This document shows positions 17,072-35,199 of a stretch of 64,000 bases of DNA, in pieces. The number at the start of each line of letters is the position of its first letter. Position 1 is the stretch's first letter. Both the position numbers and the translations under genes were made by a program. The stretch comes from the human T2T-CHM13v2.0 reference genome, Homo sapiens. The notes under the pieces were generated by a model. That model was not told the origin of the DNA. It did no database searches and was given only the letters and a program-made list of their open reading frames with translations. The DNA lies in assembly GCF_009914755.1 (NCBI RefSeq), contig NC_060941.1. One strand, written 5' to 3'.

Positions 17072-17214
17072 AAGGCAGCCAGTCACTACTGCACACTCCT
17101 CCATGAGAAAACCAGAATCTGTTACAGGTGAATAAATAAATTACTGGCGCAAAAGACAAAAATGACTACAGAAAAGAACAATTTCAAAGAAACATATCAA
17201 CAGTGCAATTATAG

Positions 17215-17780
<566 letters not shown>

Positions 17781-17827
17781 ACTTAAGAGCAGAAGATCGA
17801 ATCAGACTAGTGTGAAATGAAATAGGG

Positions 17828-18140
17828 TTTTTTTGTTGTTTTGGTTGTGGTGTTTTTGTTTTTGTTTTAAGATTCTGCTCTGTTGCCCAGGCTGGAGTAC
17901 GGTGGTGCAATCATAGCTCACTGCAGCCTCCAACTCCCTGGGCTCAAGTGATCCTACCACCTCAGCCTCCCAAGTAGCTGGGATTACAGGCACATGTGAC
18001 CATGCCTGGTAAATTAAAAAAAAAAAAAAAAAATTGTAGAACCCGGTCTCATTTTGTTGCTCAGGGGGTCTCAAGCTCCTGGCTTCAAGCTATCCTCCTG
18101 CCCCGGCCTCCCAAAGTGCTGGGAGTACAGGTGTTGGCTA
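17828..18140 (-). mobile_element. AluJ
   Basis: Reverse Alu with an altered 5' end. Confidence 0.85.
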
Positions 18141-18157
18141 CTTTCAAAAGCTTTTTA

Positions 18158-18530
18158 GGCCGGGCACAGTGGCTCATGCCTGTGATCCCAGCACTTTGGG
18201 AAGCCAAGGTGGGCGGGTCATGAGGTCAGGAGATCAAGACCATCCTGGCTATCAGGGTGAAACCCCGTCTCTACTAAAAATATAAAATTAGCCGGGCGTG
18301 GTGGCGTGCACCTGTAATCCCAGGTACCTGGGAGGCTGAGGCTGGAGAATCGCTTGAACCCGGGGGGGTGGAGGTTGCAGCGTGCCAAGACCGTGCCACT
18401 GCACTCCAGCCTGGGCGACACAGTAAGAATCCATCAGAAAAGAAAGAAAAAAAAAAAAAGAAAGAAAAGAAAAGAGAAAGAAAGAAAGAAAGGAGAAGAG
18501 AAGAGAAGAAAAGAAAAGAAAAGAAAGGAA
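18158..18530 (+). mobile_element. Alu (Sc/Y) with a long A/G-rich tail
   Basis: Forward Alu; purine tail ~18437-18530. Confidence 0.9.
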
Positions 18531-19017
18531 ATGCAGGTGCCCAGAAAAAAAGGCAGGCTCCCAAAGTGAATACTAAGACACTCAATCTCACATGTTGTCA
18601 AAAAAGCTATTGAAATTTCAGGTGACAGAGGGACTTAAGAACAACGGTGCTCAAGGAAGTCAACACAGGCTACGACGTACAGGACTCCCAATCCGGCTCA
18701 TGACCACATCCCCTATTGTGGTCATTTAGAACACGCTAGGCGTCCTTTGCTCTAAGCGTGTTTCATGTACGTCTCCCCATCAATGAAGAAAGCACCTGGA
18801 GAGTAGGAAGTAAGAGTTATGTACTCTGAGATTCTCTCTTAAGCCCAGGAATCAGTCTCACTGGGCGGGGAGCTCAACAGCGCTGTTAGTGTCGTTCGCT
18901 GATAATTACTTTCACACTAGAATACCATCTTCATTCCTCATTTATACGGGAAACTCCTTGTGGTTCCCTTTGGGGCACCAGCTCCCAGCACATTCTATGT
19001 CATCAAAATTAACTCTT

Positions 19018-19352
<335 letters not shown>

Positions 19353-19408
19353 CTAATTCTTAATATATTAAACAAACGTACTAAACAACTATGGGAACAG
19401 CGACGGTG

Positions 19409-19701
19409 TTGTTTTTTTTTGGAGACGGAGTCTCACTCTGTCGCCCAGGCTGGAGTGCAGTGGCATGATCTCGGCTCACTGCAAGCTCCGCCTCCCAGGT
19501 TGATGCCATTCTCCTGCCTCAGCCTCCTGGTAGCTGAGACTACTGGCGCCCGCCACCAAGCCCGGCTAATTTTTTGTATTTTTAGTACAGGCGGGGTTTC
19601 ACCATGTTGGCCAGGATGGTCTCGATCTCCTGACCTCGTGATCCACCCGCCTCAGCCTCCCAAAGTGCTGGGATTACAGGCGTGAGCCACCGCGCCCGGC
19701 C
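19409..19701 (-). mobile_element. AluY-type
   Basis: Reverse Alu; TSD gcgac.gtgtt. Confidence 0.9.
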
Positions 19702-20399
19702 GCGACTGTGTTTTTCAAACAGCTGCATTTACCAGCCACTACTGGATTCCTTCTACGTGTGAAGCCCTGTGCTAAAGGCTGGGAACAGAAAGATAATTGA
19801 TACACGAGCCTTTCTTTCCTTTATGGAAGGCCCAGCCCCATACGGAAGACGGACGCGTACATAAACTATTAGGATACAGGAAAAGCGCGATACTACTGGC
19901 ACATAGAGGAAATCGGGGAAGATGCTTAGAACAATGTCTGGGGCACACGCTCAGTGCTTTACAAAATACTCGTTATTTTTACCATCTAACCTTGTGAGTT
20001 AGAGCGACTGAAGAGGAAAGGCCGTAGCGTCTGAGCTGCTCTGTGAAGAATGAACTGGATTTCACCAGGCAGGCCAGGAGTGGGATAGGGCGAGGCATCC
20101 AAGAAACAGCAAGAGGCAGGCAGAGCTCAGCACACGTTTTTCCAGACTGTGAACCATGAAGCTCTGAAGGCTGCTAGGAGGGCCACGGGAGCTGTGGGAG
20201 AGGGTGAGGCTGGAGCCCTGTGGGCTAACAGACAGGGCTCTAATTCGTGACATCGTGGCAACAAACTATTAGAAATGAGGCTAGACCTGGAAGCCCTGGG
20301 GGCACAGTCTGGAGGGGAGACAGACGAGAGCTAAGTAGAATGCAGGCAATGACGCTGTAACAGAGATCTGCACAGCGACCATTGCACAGCGTGGGGGCA

Positions 20400-21050
20400 G
20401 GCTTCTGAGAGGAGGTAACATGCTGAAAAGACAACGTGTACAGCTGACATTAGTACACAACCTCATCGGAGAGAGAAGAAGCGGAGGGAATCCCAGGAGC
20501 AGGGGCCATCATGCTCAAAGGTTCCAAGGTACGGCAATGGGCGATGTGTCTGGGGACCCTGGGGGTCGACCAGTGTGGCTGAGCAGAGTGTGCAAAGGTG
20601 AGGATGCTAGAAGGCCAGGTGCGGTTTCGGGGCGGGGCAGGGGTTGCCCTTGAAGGTGGGGTTTGGGGGTGGGGGAGGGGGTGCCCTTGAAGGAGGGGTT
20701 TGCGGGCGGGGGTGGGGGGACCTTGAAGGTGGGGTGTGGGGGCAGGGGAGGGGGTGCCCTTGAAGGTGGGGTTTGGGGGCAGGGGAGGGGGTGCCCTTGA
20801 AGTCCACGCCAGGGAGTTTGGGTTGGATCCACCCGTAATGAGGGCTGGCCCATAGGGCAGTGACGTGAACAACTGGTACTGTAGCCAGGTTGTTCTGGGA
20901 GCTGTGTAGACAGGGTGAGACTGGAAGTTGGTGGACTCATTAAGGGACTAGTGAAACAATAGTGCCCCAACCTGATTGAACCCAGTGAATGGGGGGAAAT
21001 GAGAATGTCAAGGCCTGTAGCTTGGGTAGATGCGTCAGTGAGACCCTATT
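20400..21050 (-). mobile_element. L2 fragment hosting a G-rich VNTR
   Basis: cagtgtggctgagcagagtg...ccttgaag...ggagtttgg...cagtgacgtga resembles antisense L2. Confidence 0.5.
20622..20802. repeat. G-rich ~37-bp minisatellite, ~5 units
   Basis: (c)ccttgaag at 20647, 20684, 20721, 20757 and 20794. Confidence 0.9.
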
Positions 21051-21138
21051 CATAACCAGAGCCTAAAAAAACACGCAGAGCCAGTTAAAAGCTCTAATAT
21101 GTGTTTAAAGAACAAATTAATGAAAGAATGCGTAGACA

Positions 21139-21481
<343 letters not shown>

Positions 21482-21488
21482 CTAGTGA

Positions 21489-21848
<360 letters not shown>

Positions 21849-22467
21849 TAAACCCGTGGAGCTAAAGGTTTCTGGCAAGCAGGGAAAGGACACGACTCAT
21901 TGACTGATAAGCAGGAGGCGTCCAACACAAAGGCCTCTTGGGAACCCGCTGGGGTTTGGCAGGCGTCACCTTTCTGCATCTTGGGAGGAGAGCTGGTGGG
22001 AGGAGCCTTTCTGCAGGTGTCTCTTTCTAGCCTCCGGCAGGGGGCGGCAACAGAAGACGGTTCAGAAGAAAGAATGTGGCCAAGTATGTGTATTTCAAGC
22101 CAAAGGATTCTAGAAACTTCTCTCACAGGTACGGAATCCAACCACAGTGCCCACTGTGGTGAAGCCACTGCGCTGGTCCGAGAAGAAAGTGACAAACAAA
22201 ATGACATGGAGCCCAATTCATCCTGAGAGCAGAACCTCGGAGCCATGTGGTTAAGATGGAAATTCCACTTTTAGTCCAAGCAAATCTTCTGATGTATCAA
22301 GTTTGAGGGTGAGGTTTCATTAAAGGAATTTAAAATAAAAAAGTGAGATCACAGCAAATTTTTTAAAATGATTGTTTCAGTGAAGGGAAAAAAGGTCTTT
22401 ATCCTTATTCAGGGCGTAATTCCTGATCCTGGTCCCCGGAGACAACACCCACCCTTGGGCGAATCAT

Positions 22468-22545
22468 TCCTGGGGACGGAGGAATGAGGGAGGCGTCTCT
22501 TTATTTCCGGGGGCGGAGGAGTGAGGGAGGCGTCTCTTTATTTCC
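22468..22545. repeat. Two-copy ~37-bp tandem duplication
   Basis: cggagga.tgagggaggcgtctctttatttcc twice. Confidence 0.85.
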
Positions 22546-23309
22546 TTGTATATAAAATACAAGAACTAAATACCTTGGATTAACAACCCGGGCTGGGGTT
22601 TGTGATAAGGCTGTGATTAGGACCACATAAAAGGAGAAAACGTCTTAATAAGAACTTCTTTGTGGCCTGTTAGAGCCTTTCTTAGGAAACTAATAAGTTA
22701 CACTTTTCCTGGAGAGAAAATCTTGGAAATGACCCATTTCCCCAACAGGACATCATTTCCGGTCATTCACATGTGGTCAAGTTAAAAAAGATCGTTTGAA
22801 CCTAGCTCAGCCAGGCCAGGGAGAAAATTAAAAATAAGTGTTTATTTTTCTGATTAAAGCCAAACAATGAGACTCAAAATAGGCCACACAAAACCCACAG
22901 AATCTTCCAAGTTCGCCTGAGCTAATGCATCCAAGGACGTCCACTCACAGGGGAAGAAGCAGAGGGGCTGGCCTTCTCCTAAGGGGGCAGGGCTGGAGAT
23001 CTGTCAAATTCCTTATCCATATCTAGGAGCAGAGCTTCCTTTTGGCCAAAAGAGTAAGCTGACTGCGAAGGACAGATACTTCCAAGCAGACACTAAGTAA
23101 TGCAGTTGGTTTGATAACAGGACAGATGAAAATGGAAGGCCTCCTCCGAAAATCCCACAGCCTGGGCCAGGGCTCCAAGGGGCTGACTGGTTCCTGTGGT
23201 TCAAATCTCTGCAAACGTCTCCTTCCCTCCTGCCCCATCTACGGCAGGTAGCTGAGCCGTGGCCCAGGCTCTGGGAGTGCACACTCTCAACAAGCAGATA
23301 TGAACAGAC

Positions 23310-24360
23310 ACGTCCAGAAAGTAGATAGGTGGACAGCCAGTAAGAATATGCAAAGGTGTCATCAAGGAAATGCAAATTAAAATGATTTCACACTGACTAG
23401 AATAGCAAAAGTAAAACACACCCACAGTATCAAACCCGGGTGAGGACGTGGAGCAAGTGCGAGTCTCACACTCCGCTGCCGGGGACATAAATGGTGCAAA
23501 CACTTTGTTGTTGTTTGAGACAGGATCTCACTGTTACCCAGGCTGGAGTGCAGTGGTGCGATCTCAGCTCGCCGCAGCACCCCAGACTCAAGTGATCCTC
23601 CAGCTTCCCGGGTAGCTGGGATTAGAAACGCGTACCACCACACTTGAAAATTTTCCATTGAGACGGGGTTTCGCCATGTTGCTCAGGCTAGTCTCAAACT
23701 CCCGGGCTCAAGAAATCTGCCTGCCTTGGCCTCCCAAAGTGCTGGGATTACAGGCGTGAGCCGCCATGCCTGGTCAGTACAACCACTTTGAAGAACCGTT
23801 TGGTCCATCTTATGAAGGTAAATGTTCATTTACCTGATAATCGACTCAGAATTCTACCGCTCAGGATTCCTACTCATCAGTATTTACCCAAGATAATTTT
23901 TTTAAGTCCATAAAAATGTTTATAACAGCCTTCCCCACCCCAAACTGACAACAACTCACATACATCCATCATTGGAAGAATGGATACACTGTGACAAGAT
24001 GCTCGTCCAATGGGACACTTCTCAGCAATAAGAAGGAACAAACTGATGTATACAAAAACAAGGATAAACCTCACAATCATGCTGAGCAAATGAAGCCCGA
24101 CACAAAATAACACTGACTGTACGATTCCATTTCCATGACGGTCTACAGGCAAAACTAAATTACAGTGACAGAAAACCAAAGCGACGGATGGGAGGGGGAG
24201 TCACCAGAGAGGCTCAGCAGGGGACTGTGCAGGGAGATGGAAATGTTCTTGGTCTTGTTTGGATAATTGTTCATATCGGTATAACAGCTGTTCAAACACA
24301 CTGAGCTGGGTCCTTAAGAACCATGAATTTTATTGTGTTAAATTAAACCTAAAAAAAGAA
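23310..24360 (+). mobile_element. Old L1M (MD/ME-type) ORF2 end plus 3' UTR, split by an Alu
   Basis: ggaaatgcaaattaaaa, gtgaggacgtggagcaa, gaatggatac, acaggcaaaactaa, terminal ttttattgtgttaaattaaacc plus A-tract. Confidence 0.75.
23504..23775 (-). mobile_element. AluJ
   Basis: TSD gt.caa.cacttt. Confidence 0.87.
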
Positions 24361-24483
24361 CTCATACCAACAAGAAGGAGAAAAAAATAATTTGTCTTCA
24401 TCTCATCTAGAGCCAGGTAACTGAGAATTCCAGCGTGGGCACAGGGTGCTGCCTCCTGAGCACGGCCACCTTCCCACAAGTGA

Positions 24484-25386
<903 letters not shown>

Positions 25387-26044
25387 AACTTCCTATTTTT
25401 AAATGGAAAGAAAAAAACACACACCAGGGCCTTGTTTCCTATCTCTCCTGCCCATTCCTTCTCTCTCCACAACTCAGACAGCGACGGTGTCAATCAGGCC
25501 AGTAAGGGAAAGGCTGGGGGAAGACGATGCTGACTGTCTCTTACTGAATCTGTTTCTGAGACATGGAAACACCCTGTTCACAGAGGCCTCTCTTCCTCCC
25601 ACCCCTGCCCCCCGCCCAGAACTCCCAGCAGAAGCTGCTCACTGGCTGTTGTCAAAGTAGTCTTTGTTCTTGGAGTTGAACCAGCACAGGCCTCAAATTT
25701 CCATCCACAGCTCCAAACCCCGCCTACATCACCTCCATGACCTCAGGCTAAGGAAAGAAAGAAGCTGGCCAAAAACATGCCAGGCTAAGAAGCCAAAGCT
25801 CCTCCCAAGAGAGATGACTCTGGAGGGGACCCTCTGGTCTCCTCTCCATGAAGCCAGGTCGATGCTGGAAGGGCAGAAATGCCCAGAAAGAAAAGCACTG
25901 AGGAAGGCTCACAGGGCAAGGACTTCAGTGGTCACGGTCCCATCATATACAGAAGCCACGGGGCAGGACTTCAGGGGTCATGGTGCCACATTTTGTACAG
26001 AAGTGGGAGGCAGCAAAGCCGCAAGATCTAAAGACAGAGTTGCA

Positions 26045-26672
<628 letters not shown>

Positions 26673-27435
26673 CATGTAAAAAAAACAGAGAGATTCGGGG
26701 AACTGTGGATGATGACTGCAGGGCATGGTCAAAAAGAAGCAGAGAAAACTCGCCAAAGCGAGTCAGGGAAGTGTGTCCGGCACTGTCCAGGGGAAGGACA
26801 ACACTCTGGACACAAAGATTTGATGGCCACAGGAAAAGGGCCGTTGGGCTGGGGACAGGCTGGGACGGATCCTCCTCCTCCATTCTCTCCCCATCCACCC
26901 GACTTTCTAGAACACCTTCTGGACCCTGGTTTGCTTCTCCAGCCACCTAGCAGGGAAGTGGAGTCTTGAATCCAAACGTTCAGATACTAGAAAAGGGATG
27001 GACGGTCCCTCGGGAATTAATAAGCTAAACGGAGCTGAAGACGGATCCCAAGTGTCTCAACAGCTCTGGATGTCCCGATAAAACATGTTTCTAGAATGTG
27101 AACAGTTTTGAAACATCTGTATTCCAATCACCAATCCAGAATCTTGGGAGCTAAAGAAAGTGTGGGTTTTCCCCCAAAACAAACACTCAGCGGAGGACAC
27201 AGGAGAATGACCAAGGTGTAAATGAAAGAAGAATCTGGCCTGGGGCATCCTATGGCGAGCGCCATCCCCTTTAGGGGTAAGAGGGACATCTAAGACCAAG
27301 CGGAGCTGAGTCAGGCCTCCTGGGTGGGATGATACAGTATGAAAGAGAGGTCCAGGAAAGGGTCTCATTCAGGCTGACATGTCCCATCATGATCAGTCAA
27401 GTTTAGGACGGAGACTAATAAGACTCAACATATGC

Positions 27436-27773
<338 letters not shown>

Positions 27774-27814
27774 TCATAGTCCGTCTCCTATGTCTAGTCT
27801 TTCATTTCTCATAA

Positions 27815-28229
<415 letters not shown>

Positions 28230-28737
28230 GTGGTACTCGCTTTTAATGCTCCTTAGAAAATTCTAACCAAAGGCTCCAAACGCAGCTCAAAACCCTGGCA
28301 TGGAACCACACAAAAGGCACAAAGAGGCTGGGGCCAGGTGGAGCCCATCAGAAATTGAAGGCTCTGTGTCAGGAGCCACCCCATTCTGACCACGGGTCCG
28401 GGTTTCTCCACGGAAGCAGCTCCCAGGTCCCCAGTGTTAGGCAGAGTGGATTTCAGTCAGGAAAACTACGCAAGGCCATGTTCTTAGAATCTCTCCAACA
28501 TTATTCTTGGCTCTGCTGACATTGCTTTGGCTTTAAAAAATCAATAAATTAAGCAAGCAGAAGGTTCTCTAACATCCAAGCTGGACTAAAGGGTTTTGCT
28601 CTTACCGAGCCAGAGGGAATATTTATTCCAAGAGACGTAAGATAGATTCTGCTGGACACCTGCCACTTGCTCATGATTCTTCCCTGGGAGGCTGGCAGCG
28701 CACGGAGAGGCTTCGCTCCACGGGAACCAACACCGTT

Positions 28738-29034
<297 letters not shown>

Positions 29035-29159
29035 TAGAAATAATACCTCTTACTACACTGGATGGTTTGAATTCCAACCTAAAGCAAAAAGAGGAAGGCT
29101 TTGATCTCATTCTATTGTTTATCCTAACATTTTTGCCTGACAGTCTGGATAAAACAAAC

Positions 29160-29457
29160 TTTTATTTTGTTATTTATTTATTTTTTTTCAGATCCAGGCT
29201 GGAGTGCAGTGGAGTGATCATGGCTACGGCCTTAACCTCCTGGGCTCAAGCAATCCTGCCACCTCTGCCTCCCAAGTAGCTGGGACTACAAGGCGTGAAC
29301 CACCACACTTGGCTAATTTTTGTATTTTTTTTTTTCTGTAGAGATGGGGGTCTCACCATGTTGCCCAGGCTGGTCTCGAACTCCTGGCCTCAAGCAATTC
29401 ACCCGCCTCAACCTTCCAAAGTGCTGGGATTACAGGCGTGAGCCACCGCGCCTGGCC
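29160..29457 (-). mobile_element. AluJ
   Basis: Reverse Alu, degenerate right arm. Confidence 0.85.
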
Positions 29458-29614
29458 TCAGTCTTTTATCTGGTGGGAGCTCCATAAATCCATGCTAGCT
29501 GACCGGCCAGTCCTCTCCCAGGCAAGTGGCCCCAGCGACGAAGGTTTGGCGGAGGTGCAGGGGGAGGTGTGGACAACGTACAGTCACAAGGCAGCGTCCG
29601 ATTCAGTGAGGGTG

Positions 29615-29684
29615 ACTGGGGAAGCTGCCGTTCATGAGCTCTTGTCACCAACTTGGGAAGCTGCCGTTCATATGCTCGTCACCA
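29615..29684. repeat. Two-copy ~36-bp duplication
   Basis: act.gggaagctgccgttcat..gctc(tt)gtcacca twice. Confidence 0.85.
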
Positions 29685-30099
29685 AAGTCAAGAATACCTT
29701 CTTCTGCACCACATTCTCGGAGATTTTCCAAATCCCGGGCATTTTCAGGCCTTCACTCCCTCCACTAATACCCCACAGCTTACTCCTCCCAAGTGAAGAG
29801 GCCAAGAAAAGAATCCATTTTATTTGTCAGAACCAGCCATAAGGTAAACAAATACAAAGAAAGTGTGTGCTCGCCAATTAAACGGGAATGCAGGCTTCTG
29901 GCGGAGACATGACCCCATTTTTCCATTCGCTCCATGTCAGTGAACCACCGTCACAGAGCTGGCCCCTATGGCTTGAGGGGGAAAAAAGAGAAAGGCTTTC
30001 TACGTGTTTCTACATGCCTTTTCCACCTCCTTTTTCCTAAGAAAAAGGCAGAATTCCATTTGACCCAATTCCCATTCGATGGAAAAGAAGAACAGAGAG

Positions 30100-30300
30100 G
30101 CAAGGACGTGGGCTTCAGCGTCACGGAGGCCTGAGTTTAAACCCTTGGATCTATGACAACCCACTAGCCGTGAGGTTCAAAGCAAGTCCACCAGACCTCT
30201 CCAAGCCTCAGCTCCCTCGTGTAAAACAGAGAGGTCTGTAACTGCCACACGGGTCACGGTTGAGAAGCGTGCCAGGTACAGCACATGCTCAGGAGTGTTC
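30100..30300 (+). mobile_element. MIR
   Basis: cctgagtttaaaccc...gcaagtc...ctctccaagcctcagctccctc.tgtaaaa. Confidence 0.6.
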
Positions 30301-30469
30301 CTGTCTCCTCAACTTGGGTTCATACGACACGGATGGGGTGCAGGTACCGTACGGGGTACAGAGAGGGACAGAAAGCAGGGTTTAAGGGACTTCTCATGCA
30401 ATAAAAAGGAAAATCTGTATCTTACAGCAGGACTAAGTTCCACAAGATTAGTTTTAATTTATAATCTTT

Positions 30470-30761
30470 ACTTCTTTGAGACAGGGCCTCGCTCTGTTCC
30501 TCAGGCTGGAGTGCAGGGGTGCAAGCACAGCTCACTGCAACCTCGACCTCCTGGGCTCAAGCGATCCTCCCACCTCAGCCTCCTGAGTAGCAGGGACCAC
30601 AGGCATGCATCACCACTCCTGGCTAATTTTTAAAATCATTCTGTAGAGATGGAGTCTCGCTGTGTTGCCCAGTCTGGCAAAGAAATCCTGGGCTTAAAGG
30701 ATCTGGCCACCTTGGCCCCCCAAAGTCCTGGGATGACAGGCATGAGCCATCACACCTGGTC
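30470..30761 (-). mobile_element. AluJ
   Basis: Reverse Alu. Confidence 0.87.
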
Positions 30762-30890
30762 TCAGCAAGGTTTTTTGACTTCAAGAAAACGAGGGTGCTC
30801 TTAGGTCTTCAGACAATTGCTATTATCAATCATAGCAAAAAATAAAAAATAAATACAGCTGGGATGAGAGAGGACATTCTAGATGCATCA

Positions 30891-31251
<361 letters not shown>

Positions 31252-31392
31252 TCAGAAGAAACAAGAACCAGAACGCTGGGGGTTCTAAGCCTTACAGCAC
31301 AAAGAGAAAGACACTAATGTTTGTGGTTAACAGATGGATTGTGGTCAGGAAACAGGTTCAAATCTCATCTCCACCACCTGCCAGCTATGTGG

Positions 31393-31521
31393 CACTTACC
31401 TTCTCAGGAGGATTAAGTGGGAAGACAGAGCAGAAAGCCCAGCGCCTGCACGTGCCACACTTGCCTTCTCAGGAGGATTAAGTGAGAAGACAGAGCAGAA
31501 AGCCCAGCACCTGCACGTGCC
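31393..31521. repeat. Two-copy 65-bp duplication within a MIR-like remnant
   Basis: cactt.ccttctcaggaggattaagtg at 31393 and 31458. Confidence 0.9.
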
Positions 31522-31654
31522 CTGTGCTTCAGTGATGAAGCTACCGTTGTCGAAACATACTGAAAAGCTCTAAGCCCTGCTACCCGCAGTGATCCTGCAT
31601 CGGAGGCAAAAAGACCACAGGAAGGTAGAAATGAATGAGAAATGCAGAGAGATT

Positions 31655-31940
31655 GGCCGGATGCGGTGGCTCACGCCTTTCATCCCAGCACTTTGGGAGG
31701 CCAAAACAGGTGGATCGCCTGAGGTCAGGAGTTCAAGACCAGCCTGGCCAACAAGGCAAAACCCTGTCTCCACTAAAATACAAAAATTAGCCTGGTGGTG
31801 GCGTGTGCCTGTAATCCCAGCTAGGAGAATCGCTTGAACCCGGGAGGCGGAGGTTGCAGTGAGCCGAGATTGCTCCATTGCACTACAGCCTGAGCAACAG
31901 AGCGAGACTGTGAAAGAAAAGAAAAGAAGAAAGAAAGAAA

Positions 31941-31988
<48 letters not shown>

Positions 31989-32023
31989 GAAAGAAAGAAA
32001 GAAAGAAAGAAAAGAGAGAGAAA
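31655..32023 (+). mobile_element. AluS with a (GAAA)n microsatellite tail
   Basis: 17-bp TSD agaaatgcaga.agatt at 31638-31654 and 32024-32040. Confidence 0.92.
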
Positions 32024-32517
32024 AGAAATGCAGACAGATTAATTGTTGGCTGTTGCAGAATGCAAAATGAGGAATGACACTCGGGTTTCAAGTCTAAGGC
32101 TGTGGATATTTCGGAGCCTGGTGAAAAGCAAAGCACTGCCACGTTTTCCCTTCGCTCCCCCAACCTGCCGTAGATCACGTACCCCCACTCACAAAGAGCA
32201 CACGCCCAGTACCCCATCCCTCTCACCAGGATGAAGAAAGACACCCAAAACCCAAGGTCCAAACTTAGGAAGAAACTGAATTCAACACAACAAAAGTCAA
32301 CACCTCATGTGTAAAGGATCTTAATTAAACAGTATCAAGCATGCCGGCGTGAACTCAGTGTCTGGATCTACTCGTTATGAAATAAACTTAAGAATAAATC
32401 CCATCTAAGAACAGAAAAAAACCAGCAACTCTCATGCACATCAAATGCTGTTCTCGATGATCCTTTTCCCTCTGAACATCACAAAGCACCAGCAGGTGGG
32501 AGATAATTAAAGTTTGA

Positions 32518-32915
<398 letters not shown>

Positions 32916-33235
32916 AAGAGTTTTTTCAAAATAATATTTTTCTGGATTTTTCTGGTTACATCTGGGGTTTTATGACTTCTGACAGATAAGGGTGGAGGAG
33001 GTAATTTACGAAAAGAAACATCTCTCTTGATCCATATTTACATTCCATAAGGGAGTGAGTTTGGCTTTTGGATTCTCCTCCCAGGCCTATCAGGGGGATA
33101 GAATTCTTGCTCCTATTTGATGAGATTTATGGGGCAATGAGGTCTGTGAGGCTGATGCTACACCACCTGCTTCACGAATACGGCCCCTCCATTTGCAAAG
33201 TGCTGACTTGGAACATTTGTATTTTTCCCTTACAA

Positions 33236-33255
33236 ATCAATCAATCTATCTATCG

Positions 33256-33286
<31 letters not shown>

Positions 33287-33598
33287 CGTCTGTCCACCCA
33301 TCTGTCTGTCCGTCCATCCGTCCATCCATCCGTCCATCTCACTCTGTTGCCCAGGCTGTCACACAGTGGCACGATCACAGCTCACTGCAGCCTTGACATC
33401 CTGAGCTCAGGCGATCCTCCTCAGCCTCCCGAATGGCTGGGACCACAGCTGTGTGCCACCATGCCCAGCTAATTTTTTGTAGAAATGAGGTCTCATCATA
33501 TTGCTGAGGCTGGTCTCGAATTCCTGAGCTCAAGCGATCCTCCCACCTTGGCCTCCCAAAGTGCTAGGATTACAGGCAGTGAGCCACTGCACCCGGCC
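33236..33598 (-). mobile_element. AluJ whose tail is a compound tetranucleotide STR (TCAA/TCTA/TCTG/TCCA)
   Basis: STR at 33236-33338 runs directly into the Alu 3' end. Confidence 0.87.
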
Positions 33599-33911
33599 TA
33601 AATCTCTCATGTTTATAAGAGGTCATCTGATGGCTTTCCATCCCATTCAAACACATTTAGCATCCATATCTGCCTTTAATAAAAGGTCATAATACAGCCC
33701 TGGCATCACAAAAGCTAACCAGAGAACACTGAGGATATCAGCTCATGAAGATACTCTGTCTACAATGAGACTAGGACAACTGTCTTCCTTTTCAGAAAAG
33801 GAAACTGAGGCAGTGAGAGGCTACGATGCTTCAACACGGGGGACCTCAACCCAAGACTTGTGCTTTTAGTTCCATCACAGATACATCAGAGACTGTACTT
33901 AGTTGGGGAGT

Positions 33912-34754
33912 AACCTAAGCTAACCTCACCATGCACAGCCCAACAGGGAACCTAAGCTAACCCCACCATGCACAGCCCATCAGGGAACCTAAGCTAACCC
34001 CACCATGCACAGCCCATCAGGGAACCCAAGCTAACCCCACCATGCACAACCCAACAGGGAACCTAAACTAACCCCACCATGCACAATCCAACAGGGAACC
34101 TAAGCTAACCCCACCATGCACAACCCAACAGGGAACCTAAGCTAACCCCACTATGCACAACCCAACAGGGCACCTAAACTAACCCCACCATGCACGACCC
34201 AGCAGGGAACCTAAGCTAACCCCACCATGCAGAACCCAACAGGGAACCTAAACTAACCCCACCATGCACAACCCAACAAGGAACTAAGGTAACCCCACCA
34301 TGTACAGCCCAACAGGGAACCTAAACTAACCCCACCATGTACAACCCAACAGGGAACCTAAACTAACCCCACCATGCACAACCCAACAGGGAACCTAAAC
34401 TAACCCCACCATGCACAACCCAACAAGGAACTAAGCTAACCCCACCATGCACAACGCAACAGGGAACCTAAACTAACCCCACCATGCACAACCCAACAGG
34501 GAACCTAAACTAACCCCACCATGCACAACCCAACAGGGAACCTAAACTAACCCCACCATGCACAACCCAACAGGGAACCTAAGCTAACCCCACCATGCAC
34601 AACCCAACAGGGAACTAAGCTAACCCCACCATGTACAGCCCAACAGGGAACTAAGCTAACCCCACCATGCACAGCCCAACAGGGAACCTAAGCTAACCCC
34701 ACCATGCACAACCCAACAGGGAACTAAGCTAACCCCACCATGCACAGCCCAACA
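33912..34754. repeat. 37-bp (some 36-bp) C/A-rich minisatellite, ~23 units
   Basis: aacctaa(g/a)ctaaccccaccatgcaca(a/g)cccaacaggg. Confidence 0.97.
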
Positions 34755-35037
34755 ATTAGAACTTAGGGCATTTTAATTGGACTCAGACCTCATGGTCTGA
34801 ATTTAAGACGGTGACAGTTACAGGAATGTGTGTAGGGATTATGGCTGGAACGCTGCCTCTCACTTACAGCTGACCCTCTTCCCAGGACTCTCCAAATCCA
34901 CCTGGTGCCTCTCTTCTGCCCCCGCACAGCCAGGCCACCCCTCATCCAAACACCAGGTTTCCAGCACTGGAGCCTCACAAGCTCATCCCCACCCACAAAA
35001 CACTCACAAACGCACCTGGCAAGTCAGTGTCTGCATA

Positions 35038-35198
35038 GCAGGTCTCGCAGTCTCAGCACTGCTGACACTTTGCTGGGAAGGGGCGGGGCGGGGTGGGGTG
35101 TGTGGGGGGGTGCTGTTCCGCACATTGTAGAATGTTCATCGCTGTCCCAGGAAATGCCAGTAATGCCCGCTTAGTGACAATCGAAAATGGTTCCAGAA
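35038..35198 (-). mobile_element. MER20 fragment
   Basis: ctcagcactgctgacacttt...cattgtagaatgtt...atgccagta...gtgacaatcgaaaatg. Confidence 0.7.
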
Positions 35199-35199
35199 G

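Noticed and set aside
33912-34754. Interstitial telomeric array
   Set aside because: Only an isolated ctaaccc per unit; no (TTAGGG)n.
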